A stretch of DNA of 64,000 nt, from positions 1 to 64,000 of the forward strand of contig NW_026866144.1 of the NCBI RefSeq assembly GCF_026571515.1, in the 5' to 3' direction. The notes beneath the pieces were generated by a model, which was not told the origin of the DNA, did not search any database, and worked only from the letters and a program-made list of their open reading frames with translations. The position numbers were made by a program, and so were the translations under genes. This DNA is from Ruditapes philippinarum. Lineage: Eukaryota. This document shows, piece after piece, positions 51,312 to 64,000 of the stretch (positions are counted from its first letter, which is position 1; every line of letters starts with the position of its first letter).

Positions 51312-52823
51312 TCTGCAATCATTAAAAAATGGATTTCCCTTAGGATAATCAATATATATTAATGATGAAACATTTGCAGCATTACGTGAGGTGTTAAAGA
51401 AATCCAAAGTTTGCTACCCTTGCCTAATCAGCTGATCGGATAACCTGAAATAATACAAGAGATTCGAGATTCCTGAAAAAGATTGGAATAAAAAACGCTG
51501 ATTTTTTTTCTTTTTGTTATTGTTGTTTTTTTTTTTTAGATACGTTGTGCGTTGTATCTTAAATCTCTTTGAAGATCAAAAGGTCCAAAATTGTTTTCGA
51601 ACGTAGCAGTTAATATCTATAAGAGACTTCAATTGCATTATATATCCAGCAAATTAATAAGGTTTTACTACAATGATGAATATGATGAAACAAATCTGAC
51701 ACAAGTTGTCATTTTACATACAATATATAAAACTCGCTCAAGGAAGACCTGTCACTGGCTTGTTTTCTTTTCTTATTTTCTAATGTTTATTAAAATTGAT
51801 GTGATGCGAGACAAAACATGACATATTTTGTGCATACTTACCTTGCACTTTTAAGAAAAGAAAACATGTGTTTGTTCAACGTATATTCTTTTCTGCTTTT
51901 TTATTCATTTTACAGAAATTTTAAGTTTCTTCAATTAGAAAGTAGTTTGGTAGTACACTTATTCTTGAATGAAATAGGCAATTTCCTTGGATTTTCGGTG
52001 ATATTCGTGGGGTCGATATATAGAACTTGCAAAACTATCATTCAAATAGGTAAATATTGTGTGTCTTTAGTTCAACAGGTTACACAATTTGCCGAACACA
52101 GCACATTGTATCAAAATAACGTTCATTGCATTAATATTTATTGCACTTAAATTTACGTTATTTATGTTAATTTTATGTTTACAACGACTACTTTATTTTT
52201 TTTTCTTATTTATTTTCTTTCCTATGTATTTTTATAACACTTTCATTCCCTATGAAGTGCATTGCTAACAAAAAGATGTCATGGAATGAAAAGGATAAAC
52301 TTTGATTTACTGAAAAAGATTTGAAAATAATTTACAATCTCGACAATTTCACACCAACAAAATGACGTAATCTTGTTATCTCTTGATGCATATATATGTT
52401 GATATAACTTATTTGCATAAGTTAAAACCGCAACAAAATTTAAGACACGAAATACATACAGTTTAGTTTTTGGATTTAAGAAACGGAATCGTCGATAGAA
52501 TAAAAGGTCACTTTACTTTGTTTCCTTCGTTCTAAAACCATGAATTCTTAGACGTTTTATTTAAATGTTGTATAGGTTATATTTTAAAATTCAAACCTTG
52601 TGTAAATTTTCCAAAACACGTAAAGTACAATATTGCAATATAAACATCATGCCGAAACAATAATTGTTTGTATATGTCATGTTTAATTTATGAAATATTG
52701 TTACTCATTAATGTTTTTGTTCTACATTCATTTGTTTCTAACAAATTGACCTAAATACCTTTTTCCGTTTGAATTTAGGACATACAGGTGTCTGTTAAAT
52801 GTATGTTATAAATATTAATATAT

Positions 52824-52882
52824 ATGAGCTGCGTCACGACAAAACCAACATAATGGGTTTGCGACCAGCATGGATCCAGACC
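52824..52882. mobile_element. Palindromic MITE, left-arm fragment
   Basis: atgagctgcgtcacgacaaaaccaacataatgggtttgcgaccagcatggatccagacc. Confidence 0.8.
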
Positions 52883-54068
52883 ATATGATGACACAAGATG
52901 CCCTCACGAATGGCCCATCAGATCCGAATTTGAACATTGCTTTATTCGTGTGCCCATCTGGTGCCAATTTCGGGACAGTGTGACTCCTGTATTAGAAATA
53001 AATGACACAAAATGCTTTGTGATATTCAATTCATTAGTATATAATAAGATTCACATATTAGGTTAATGGTGAAAAATACAAAACATTCTAACAGCAGTGA
53101 TTTTATAAGAGGCAATAGTCCTTTGATTTTGAGTAGAATTATCGCTAAAATTGCTGACTTTAGTAAGTAAAAAGCTAGCATAATTAAGTTTAGATATTTG
53201 GGAAATTTGAAACTGCATGAATTTAAAGAAAAACATATTGAGAAGAGGCCTTTAATTTATAAGCCTCTATTATATAAAGTGAAAAGCACGTGACAGAAAA
53301 GTTAATAAGTGATCACATTCATTCTGATTAAAAAATAAACACAGGTATCAGTACAATTTATATGCTTTGCATGAAATATAGATGTCAGCATAAATATTTC
53401 TCCATTACCTCTAAAACACAATGCTATCTTAGAATGTTGATTATTCAAAAAGAAAACCCTAAAGCAATAAGTCCAGACATGCTATAATGATTTATGTACC
53501 GAAATATGAATAGATCAAGAGCTCATGATTACAATTCTTTTGATCTTATATAATGGTGTATAATGGCTTCACTTGTGTAATGGTTTATTTGCTTGAAAGG
53601 AATTTTGGATCAAAGAAATGGAAGTTCTGCTCCATTTTAGAGATCAATTATAGCGACAAAAACTCTTATCTCCATAAATCAAGATCATTCTTCGGGTTAA
53701 ATTATTTTTTTTAGATAAGTTAAGACTAATGAGTTGTGATAAAACTTAAAGTGTATCAAACATTTCAAAATCCAAAATCGTGAGTTGTTTTTTTATTTAA
53801 ATAAAATTATCTTTACACTAGTCTGTCTCATTTTCTCATTTATAGTAGTTTTTTTTAACAATGTGTATTGTTATATGAGATTTCAGAGTACTTATAAGGC
53901 AAATGATATTTCACATTGCTCATATTTGTGTTAGAATAATGTACATTTGTATTTGATCATCATATACCATATCTATAGCATTTCTAATCATCAGTGTATA
54001 TTGTATAAGCCCTTTTAGGAGAAACGTTTATTACATATAGCTCATGCATATATTTCTTATTTCCAGTG

Positions 54069-54368
54069 TCCATGCTGTTCGCTTACCAACCCTATTACAA
54101 GTAGAGAAACTCATAGCGAACAGCATTGATCCTGATCAGACTGCGCGGATGCGCAGGCTGGTCTGGATCCATGCTGGTCGCAAACCCATTATGTTTGTTT
54201 TGTCGTGACGCGGCTCAAATATATTAAGTTTCTCAGTTTCTCTACTTGTTATAGGGTTTGTACGCGAACAGCATGGATCCTGATCATACTGCGTGGATGC
54301 GCAGGCTGGTCTGGATCCATGCTGGTCGCAAACCCATTACGTTGGTTTTGTCGTGACGCGGCTCAAAT
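54069..54368. mobile_element. Two tandem partial copies (loop plus one arm) of the palindromic MITE
   Basis: 54069-54220 and 54234-54368 both end gtcgtgacgcggctcaaata; their loops are in opposite orientations. Confidence 0.85.
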
Positions 54369-54391
54369 ATATTTTAAAAAACTGATTTTAA

Positions 54392-54706
54392 AGGCACATT
54401 ATGCCTCAGAAGGGCAAAGCACGAGCTTTGATTACGTTAAACTAATGGTTTTAGAACATGTTAGATGATTTACACGTAAGAATAGAAGCGCTGAATGTGA
54501 AATCATTTGTCATTTAAGTAGCAAAATGTAAAAAAGTAACATTTTGACTTCTATACACAATACATGAGTCACTAAAACTGTATTGATTGCCAAATGGCAA
54601 CAGACGCAAAAGATGGTTCAGGCAATTGGCAGTACAAAACAGTACAAAAAAAGTTTCAAAGTTTTTCAGAAATGACAAAAGAAGCATTCTGAGGCATGGT
54701 GGGCCT
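54392..54706. mobile_element. TTAA-flanked MITE (Kolobok-like), 315 bp
   Basis: TTAA/aggcacattatgcctcagaa ... ttctgaggcatggtgggcct/TTAA. Confidence 0.7.
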
Positions 54707-55823
54707 TTAAGTTATTTGCATAAATTATGTGTACCTGGTAAGGATGTGTGAGATTAATGTCTTGTTTCTTGTAGCATTCATTTAAGTGTCGAGTATGAAA
54801 TTAAACTAATAAATCGTGATTGCAAACATTTGTGACATTTTCAAAAGAAAAATGATCGGCGCATACTCCTAAATAACTGTTCACTGATTCACAAGATGTG
54901 GTTTTGACCTCCTATTTTATGTTGAAAATGAAATTATTAAATGTAGAGTTTTATCTTTTCTTTTCGTTGTTTTGCTTAAGTTGAACGTTTAAATGTCAAG
55001 TAGTTTTGTTTGATTTCAAATGCATCATATTTTAGTTCATATATAACTTCAACATTTTAAGCATACATCATAAATTCATTATAATAGTTTACTTATGCAA
55101 GTGCACTCTGTCTTCATTCTTATCTAATCGTATAAGATACATTAAGAATATTGATAAAAAAATATTAATAGAATAAAAACAAAACATGGAGGAATTATTC
55201 TATCCTCATGGGTATGCTACGCACCAACGTATATGCATATAATTATGTTGATGATTAAATTCGTACGATGCAGTTATAAGAAATAAATACAATACACAAA
55301 ACAAAACAATACAACACAGTTTGTCTTTCAAAAAAGAAAGTTCCGATAAAATCTTTCTTCCAATAGTTATTACAGCTAACACAAGCTTCTGAAAACTCGA
55401 CATAAATCGTCATTTTTCGTCTCTTATGATATTTATTCTCTTATAACAATTATAAAGGCGTTTTCATAAATCATCAAGAACAATAATAGCACAAAAATAT
55501 CAGATAAGGAAACTTAAGAAGCTAACCAACTTCAAAGGAACATTTTATTGATCAAATTTTAAAGAACAGAAAATTACACAAAGAAGGAAAAAAAACCGGT
55601 ATTAAACTGCCAATAAACACTGGTTAGAGACTACATGTATATGTCCCTGGATAATATAGTTAACACATTTTTAAGACAACAATAATAACGCATTTTTATT
55701 GATATTATCCGTTCTTACAAAATTTTCTTTTCATAAAATGCTAAAAAATATTTAAAATACACTACCGCCACAGGTTTGATCCATTTTAGTTGACAAATCG
55801 GCTCTAATTAGTAAGCAGGGTAA

Positions 55824-55845
55824 TGACGTCATCCTAAGTATAAAA
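55824..55845 (+). promoter_or_regulatory. Candidate core promoter of MFS paralog C: CRE palindrome plus TATA box
   Basis: TGACGTCA at 55824-55831 and TATAAAA at 55839-55845, followed by donor-like GTAAGT at 55908 and GTAAGG at 56558 (possible 5'UTR exons). Confidence 0.3.
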
Positions 55846-57157
55846 GGAAAGAAATGGTTAAAATAATCGATAAAATGATGTAAATACAATACAATCCAGT
55901 CTGACAAGTAAGTTTTTATTGTTGAAAACTTGATAAAATAACTATTTTTCGTTTGATAATTTCTATATCGTAACAACAGTAGGGTGCGAAATCAAATAGC
56001 GCTATGTGAAAATCGGCCTCAGCCTTTGTGGTCAATTTCTAAGCATCAAAACACCAAACCGTGTTAAATTGTCGATAAACACCGATCAGACCGATATCAT
56101 GAAATAAACTAAAATAAAAGATATAACAGTGTAAAATAATCCCCTCCATACTTCTATACAGTAACTGCATGTTTCGTCTCAACTTTTCAATGACCGTGAA
56201 AAACATTAATTAATTAATTAATTCATTCATTCATTATAGTGGTATGTATCTACAATTCCCAATTAATCAGAAGAAAAAAACACATTTGATATGAAGTAAA
56301 CTGTGCAACTACCAAACAGTACTGATATTATGTTAACAAGGCCAATCAAGTTACGATGTACTTAAGTTTACATAAACATACCTAAATCTCTATTTCATAA
56401 ATGGAAATCATTTTACAGTTGCTTGGGTAGGTTTATAATTAATCTTTATGGAACATCATTTTTCGTACTGATGCATTTTTGTTGACTTTTGTTTCACCCT
56501 ATAACAGGTGCGTTATTTCTGTATGATTATCTAAGTCTTTTTTTGTCGACTTGATAGGTAAGGTAAGACTTATATTTCATTTTTAATATATTCTTAATAT
56601 TTACTTACCACCAAACAAGGTAAACGTATATAATATTTGCAGAAGCTTAAAATACCGGCCCCGTTTTAGTATATGTCTTCGAATAATTTAGCCTTAACCT
56701 CTGAACGTTCAATTATCGCTTAAAATGTTTCACTTTTGTTGTTCCATTTGATGAATCAACTTCGTTGACCATGTGGTCTTGCGTGAAAATATCTTTTGTA
56801 TAAAGAGTAGAACCATTTTCTTGAGAAAGTTGAAAAATGCTTAGTAATGTTTTTGTTTGAGTATGAATTTTTCTAGTTAGGACGCTTTACATTCTGCTAC
56901 TGTTAGTGTTGCTGTTGTTGTTGGTGTGGTTGTTTAAAAACTAGATTTACAGTTCTTTATACTCATTTTAAATTTCATGTCAGCAATTTGCATAATAATC
57001 TCTTTGATTTTGATCGATGTTTAATTAATTATAGAAATTATAGCATATTACAAACATACTTACATATAAAGTCACATTTGCATGCTTGATGAAAAAGGAA
57101 AGGTCTTTACACTCAACTTTGTATACATGGATTGCTTTTTATTTCACAGACAACAAA

Positions 57158-59587
57158 ATGGAAAAGGACAAAGACAGCCAAACAGACTCAAAGCCACAGA
57201 GGTCAACATGTGAAAAAGTTGTTGAGACTGGGTTTCTTGTAGCTACATGGCTTGCATTGGTATAGTATAAAATTTGTTTCCTGTAATCTTAAACATACAC
57301 GTAATTATATCAAATCTTACAAATCATGCGCAGGTATATCATGACAGTATGCCTGGATGTTCTGCTAAACGGTGATGCTTGGTCATAATGATGCATATGA
57401 ATTGTACGTACGACCATCAAGATTCCAACATTTCAATATCTTGATTTTTCTTTTTTCTTTTTTTTTCTTCTCCTTCTTCTTCTTCTACTACTACTTTTTC
57501 TTCCCCTCCTTCTTCTATTTCTTTTTCATCTTTTTTCTCGGTAGCAACACAATACAGTCGCTTTAAACTTTTTAAGGATGGCAAATATCATTTAATTTTC
57601 TTTTTATGCACATGGTACATACAGTAGTTGTAAAAACAACACGAACATGTGTTTACATAGATGCAATATCGGTTAGAGACAAGTGAACTCTTGATAGCCA
57701 CTAAAAACACTATGTCGGACCGAGTCTCTATTACCAATGTCGTTTTTACTACATGTGTATTATGCTAAATGATTTGTTTTTCTAGGGTTTGTATCTTGAA
57801 ATATTTGGTCCAACGCTGATTGACCTTAAAATCAAGCTCAACACAGACTATGAGAAGGTCGCCGTGGCAGTATCAGGTAGGAGTGTCGGAATGTTCCCTG
57901 GCTGCGTCTTTGGTGGATTTCTCGTCGACAAGTTTGGAAAATATTGTCATCTGATGTTGGCAGTTTGCTTGGAGATAGCGGCAGTTGTAACGGTTATAAT
58001 CCCGTGGTCACCAAATGTGGAACTCCTTTGGTTCCTCTGTTTTGTGGGTGGATTTGTGGAGTCAGTTGTAAACATAGGTACGTTTTCTGAATATTACAAA
58101 TAAGAAATAGAAAGTAAAAATAATATTTAGTTGTTTGAGATATCAGATAAACTTATAACTTGATCATTTGATACTGCAAAAATATATTCCTAATCTTAAA
58201 TGGACCTAAGACCTGATAATTTAGATACTTTCAAATGTATCTTTTACGGCACATTATAAGCACCTTTTGTTATGTTGTTCCAAACTTCTTTTCAGATGAC
58301 TTAATAAACCTGTTTTAACATTTAACATTACAATATTACCATAATCACAAACTGCATTTAATCTAAGTTGGTTCATTTGATATTTATGTTGAGGAAGCGC
58401 AATCATTTTACCTACTCTATGCCACAATTCTTTGTCCAAACCCACGTAACAGCTTATACTTATCTTCTGTTACAGCGGGTCAACGGCGTATCTTGACGCT
58501 TTGGCAAGAGAAAGCAGCGACACCAATGATCCTACTTCACTCTGGTTATGGATTCGGTTCCTTTCTAATCCCTCTTTATACAAACCCATTTCTAGCTGTT
58601 AAACGAGAGGATATAGAAAATACTACCCTGGCTAATGCTAATATAACATCAACAACTGCAGCCTATGTTATGCCAAATAGCACAGTACCGGAGTACATAA
58701 AAGAATCAAAGATTGAGTATTCGTACGCGATTTCAGCCGTATTAGTCGCTTTGCACTCGTTGTCATTTTATGTATTTCAAATACACGAAAGGCGCTACGA
58801 AACGTTTTGCAGTAATGGAATTGACAAGGTTGATACCAGTATTGAAAAACAAACGAAAGGGAAAGAGATAAAAGATCGAAATTTTACCCAGTTGATAAAC
58901 CCTGCTACATGTGCAGGAGGTCGATTGTGGTATGGCATCCAGCTTTTTGCTCTTCTTTTCTTTTATTTTGCAAATGTCGGTGGCGGGGAGAGAGTTATAG
59001 CAGGGTTTGTCCGAAGCTTTTCAATTGACCAACTTAATTTTTCAAAAGACGATGGATCGTATGTCAACACATCTTTCTGGATAAGCTTCTTAGTGGGTCG
59101 AATCGGGTTTTCAATTGCTGCACGCTGGATTTCGGTGAGGATATTGGTTCTAGTACAGTCAGGGGGGTTAACTGTTGTTGCAATACTAATGACTATCTTC
59201 GCAAGGAATAGTGCGTTAGCTTACTGGATCTTAATACAACCTCTCGCAATCTGTCTAGCTCCACTTTGGCCGTCTGGTGTAGCTTGGGCAGACTTCCACT
59301 TAGAACTTACAGGAATTGGCATGATGACTCTTCTTCTGGGTGGGTCAGTCGGTGGTATTGGTCATCTACGACTTATTGGATATTTATACGAGCACGTTGC
59401 TTATTACACATTTCTGTATCAAGTACTAGGTTATGCAATTTTGTCGTTTGTGCTTGCCATTGTGCTAGATCTGATTGGATCCCAGCATGGAAGCAGATTC
59501 CAGTGGGACAATAATGAAAATGACAAAGAAGTCGTTGAAATGAAAACCGCTGAAGAAAAATACGTTGTTAAGTCAGAAGCACTTTAA
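57158..59587 (+). CDS. MFS transporter, MFSD4/NaGLT1-like, paralog C (~501 aa)
   Basis: Exons 57158-57259, 57786-58077 (292 nt), 58476-59587. Motifs GLYLEIFGPTLIDL, GFLVDKFG, HSGYGFGSF, NVGGGER. Confidence 0.92.
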
Positions 59588-60888
59588 AAACCCGAGCAAT
59601 GTTTAAATTCATTTTAAATCATGGCGACACTACCTTTTAAAAAAGTAGTTGATTGCAAAAAAAAATGTCAGGCATGAACAAAGAGATAATTTAAATAGAA
59701 ATTAAATTTATATTTATTAAGCGTCAATATTTTTATTATCATGACTAAAAGTTAAACATTAAATATTTAAGGAAAAATACACAATACTGTTGGCGTCATA
59801 GCATTACAATGCCCGATCATTTATTCCTCAAACATGTAACGGACCTAAGATGAAGGCTAAGGTCGGTTCAATGTTTGGACTGCTGACTGCGAGGACACTT
59901 TACTACTCTAAGGTCCAAAATAATGTATCCTAGTTCTTATCCTGCAATAGCACGAGAACAAAATTATATGATTTAAAAAACATACAAAAGTCTAAATAAA
60001 TTATACTGATAACTTGTAAAATGCGCGTTCAAACTCCAAACAGTGTTTCGTGAAGAAAGGAGGACCACTGCGTAGGAGTTTGATGCGCGTTTTGTAAAAT
60101 CTTCCTGGCTGTAAAACACCATAAAATTTTAGCGGTCAGATAATACATGAAAGTGCCCTCAGTCACTATAATTTTCTTTTGACAGCTGACGTCATCGTCA
60201 ATAGTATATTATTTTAAGGCTCGCGGACTATTATATAGATATCAGAAGGAGCAATATTTATGTGAGGTATAACATAAAGTAATATTATAAAAATCAAAAT
60301 TTAAATAGTACATGACTGTACATATTATCATAATTTTTAGGGTTACATATCTAGTAGTTTGGCATGAATTATATCTATGTGATTTTAAAAGTAAGTTCTT
60401 ATTTTACTTGAACTTTCGTTCCTTATTAAATCAAGACTTCTTGTCTGAATAAACGTTGTCACCAAAAAAAAAAACTACAAAAAAAAACAAAATTGATAAA
60501 ATATCAAAGATACTAGCTATGCTAATTTCTTTTTCTATAAATGACGTCGTCTTGGCTTTTGAATAACTTGAAGCTCAAGCAAACTATATTGTTTGCTCGT
60601 ATTATTAAAATCAACTGATTTCTCTTTTTGACACGTTTCAATGAAATGCAAGTGTTATATTAACACATTGTCTTTGTAACTGTGTCGATGAAACAAAATG
60701 AGACTAATTTCATTCACTAAAGTCATACATAGGTTTATCTCCGGTCCCCGTTTTAGTTCATTTGTATGCTAGAACACTCGTTCACACTTGATAACAGTAG
60801 AAAAAAATGATTATGATTACCGCCGTGTTTGCAAGCATTTTTGTCCTCATGGTTTGAAACTTACTGAATCAAATATATATAAAAAAAC

Positions 60889-63800
60889 ATGAAGTCTGAA
60901 ACTCAACTGGAATATATGACAGGTTAGTTATTTTAAACTTAACTTGCTGATTGTTTTCTATATGTAATTATTCATTGTTTATTACCAAACATGTTCAATT
61001 CCCTGAATGTTTAACGACTTAGTTTTAAGACTGTCAGTTTCTGTCTTAAAATCTACAACTGCCGATGGAATTTACACCACTAAAAATGACAGAATATGCC
61101 TTTACAAGCACTGACCAGTTTTGAACAGGCATAATAATCATCTTTCAGCTTCAAGATCAATACTTAACGGCTTTTCTAACTCCACACTTGTATTTTGGCT
61201 AATATCTCTTTCAAAAAATAAGATTTTACAAAAAAAATTTACACAATTTTAATTCATCATGTCATTTAATAAAAACATTAAAATAATAACGATCAAGTTC
61301 AATATCGATCAACCACACGTTTTTACCAGCAATACGCGTAAAATCAAAGGTCACATTTCTATAACCTTAATATTTGTTGTGTCCGCCCTGAGCTGTGATG
61401 ACTGCAGTACATCTGGAACGCATTGAATTAATATAATTTAGAGATAAAACCCTATGGAATTGCATTCCATATCCTAATAAGAGCATTTTCTAGCTCCAGT
61501 AGAGGTCTTTGTCATGAGACTAGTGATTGTTTTGGGGTCCCGTCCAAACAACCGGGCAACCCGAAGTTAAAAATTGGATATTACTAACCTGGGTATTAAT
61601 TCAATCGGTATTTAGACATCAACTACGTGTAAGTTTTATTATTTTGTAACGTAATAATAAAATATAAATAAGTTACCTGTCTATTAGAAACCCCACTTTG
61701 GACCATCCCAACCGCACATGCGCTTTCTTCTAGTGTCATTCGCCGCATCGTTTAATAAATTTAAATATTTCAATAATTTTATGATTTCCTGACATGTAAG
61801 TCAATACGCAATTTTGTAGATGTACAACTTTTGTATAAATGACAACATACAAAATGCACGGAATGCACGTGCATCTCGTAACAGACAGTTAGACTGGTTT
61901 GCGCTCAATTTTATACATGCCAAAATAATTATCAACCCGTTTTATGACGGTAGACGAAAAATGATTTAAATAGAAAAGATATTAAAAGATGAAAATGTGG
62001 AGTTAGAAAAGCCGTTAAGTGTATATAACATTTCCAACTTATTTCATACATAGTCAACTAATTGGTACTTCACAGCATCATGATAGCGACATGCTAAAAC
62101 ATAATTTTACTTCTTTTACAAATACATGGTTGTATGAAATAACAAACGGCAATAAAGAAGCAAAATTATCATGTTCTAATGAAATATATAACTTGTTATG
62201 AAGAAGTTTATTCAGTAAAAAAATAAAACAGCTTATTTTCTGATATAAGTATTGAAACCTCTTAGTTCCTTTATTAAGAGCAGAATTCGTTAGTGCTCAG
62301 TGATCGCGAGGCCTTAAAACTTCAAACTGGAATCGTTTACTCCGCATTAGGTATTCACTATGTACAAACTTGCAGATGACTGTTACGATGTTATTTCTAA
62401 ACAGTATTTTATGTGCATATACTTTAAGTTCAACATACTTTTGCAGGTATAACAGAATAAATGACATGATACAAAAGGATAAACTGATCCCTCAAAATGT
62501 CTCACCTTTGAATTGACAAGTCACAGTTAATTCTTAAGCTTGCGCTCTACGGGTGGATCTTTTTAAAAGAAATCTTTAGTAAGAAACCTACGTTTTTTAA
62601 CCAAAGGAGATTTTAATTATTCATTTACTACTGATCCCATTTTTAAACAGTTAGATAATTAATTTAAAAAAATACAAAAAAATAAAGATGAAAGGAATAT
62701 CTTTACAGGTAATAAAAACAACCCTGATGATGTTCAAATAACACCACAGAAAACAACATGTGAAAAGGTCGTAGAAACAGTATTCCTTGTGGCAACATGG
62801 CTGGCACTCGTAAGCTTAATTAATCATCTCTATCTCTTTTCCATAATATTTTTCTTCTCTTTTCTTTTCATGTAAATATTCGTTATATTTTTCGTCTTGG
62901 TATCGGCTCTTCTCCTTGATAAAATCATAACATTGTTCTTCTCTTCTCCGTGATAAGATATAATCATAAAATTGTTCTTCCGATCTCCTTGATCTCTGTG
63001 GTATATTCATTATATTATTCTTGCCTTTTTTCTCCTTAATATAATTATATTCTTCCCTTATCCTTGATAAAATTGTATTGTTTTCCTTCTCTGTGATATA
63101 ATCATCATATTGTTCTTTCCGTCTCTTTCTTGATAAAATTAAATTATTATTCCCATCTTTTCTCCATAATATAATCATTAAATTGTTGCATTGAATTCGC
63201 CTTGATATAATTATATTGTTCTTCCCTTCTCTTTTCCGATATATTATCATTCAATCAGTAGTATCGAATCATGTACATTTGTTTTAAAAATGTTACTTGA
63301 ATGAGTATAAATATTAACATTTTGAACAATTATATTTTGTTCCAGAACAGTTTATGATCTGCTATATATAGATATGCAATATCTTATCATGTATCTTAAT
63401 ATATTTACCAATGCCATCAACATGTAATTATTCAGTGGTTTGTTTCAATATATGATACAAACTTTGACTAAGGTCTACCGTAAAATTATTTTTCGAGTAT
63501 CAAGTAACTTAGAAAGAATACTGGAAAAACAAATATTTGAACTGTTTTATTTTAAAATGTTTAAACATTCCCGAAAGTTTAAACATACATATTCATATTC
63601 GAAAGCTGTCATTGGAAGCAAAGCAAAATATAAAAGAACAAAGCAACGAAAACCGTTGATTGACACCTAAAAGCACATTTATGAAACATTGCATGAAAGG
63701 TTTGACCGAGTCTGTTTATATTAATGAACAGCAATGGCTGGTGTCATCTACTGACAATGCCAACAAACGCTATATTTAGCAGAATTAAGCATATAAACAG

Positions 63801-64000
63801 AAAATGGTTCAATTTCAACTGATAATTTGAAAAATTCGGTAAATGTGTGAGAGAGACATACAAATTATTTTGGCTAAAATATGAACATTTCCATCAATAA
63901 AATATTGTTTCCATTTTAGGGCTTATATCTGGAGATATTTGGTCCAACACTGATTGATCTTAAGATAAAACTAAACACTGGTTACGAGGATATTGCCGTA
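60889..64000 (+). CDS. MFS transporter, MFSD4/NaGLT1-like, paralog D (5' part; continues beyond window)
   Basis: Exon 62709-62809 (TCEKVVETVFLVATWLAL) and exon 63920-64000+ (GLYLEIFGPTLIDLKIKLNT) are near-identical to paralog C. The phase-1 acceptor at 62709 needs an upstream ATG exon; best candidate is 60889-60922 (MKSETQLEYMT/GTTAGT). Confidence 0.82.
61168..62014. mobile_element. Non-autonomous TIR element (~850 bp) flanked by TTAA, in the putative first intron of MFS paralog D
   Basis: TTAA/cggcttttctaactccaca ... tgtggagttagaaaagccg/TTAA, perfect inverted termini. Confidence 0.72.
62840..63250. repeat. Degenerate ~35 bp pyrimidine-rich minisatellite in an MFS-D intron
   Basis: Recurring ccttgata.aat.ata..attgttcttc.cttct units. 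Confidence 0.7.

Noticed and set aside
62816-63250. 144 aa Lys/Arg/Glu-rich ORF
   Set aside because: Antisense translation of an intronic minisatellite.

Overview
AT-rich, intron-containing animal genomic DNA with four short N gaps. The repeat repertoire suggests a bivalve mollusc, probably a venerid-type clam (inference). Manual splicing with GT-AG boundaries and phase checks gives two gene clusters. (1) Two tandem minus-strand astacin (M12A) zinc metalloproteases. The one at ~1.3-12.2 kb has the architecture signal/pro-astacin-sushi(CCP)-MAM, and its normally invariant Met-turn Met is replaced by Leu (SLLHY). The one at ~21.7-27.8 kb is canonical and ends in a low-complexity tail. (2) Four MFSD4/NaGLT1-like (FucP-related) MFS transporter paralogs at 42-64 kb, two on each strand in divergent orientation; the last is cut off by the window end. 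The rest is rich in repeats: tRNA-derived SINEs, Helentron-like satellite-carrying elements, palindromic MITEs, TTAA-flanked MITEs, a 2.1-kb foldback element with CAC...GTG ends, a decayed Tc1 transposase, microsatellites, and a dispersed ~200-290 bp family whose hairpins covary between copies. Most short ORFs in the supplied track are spurious.
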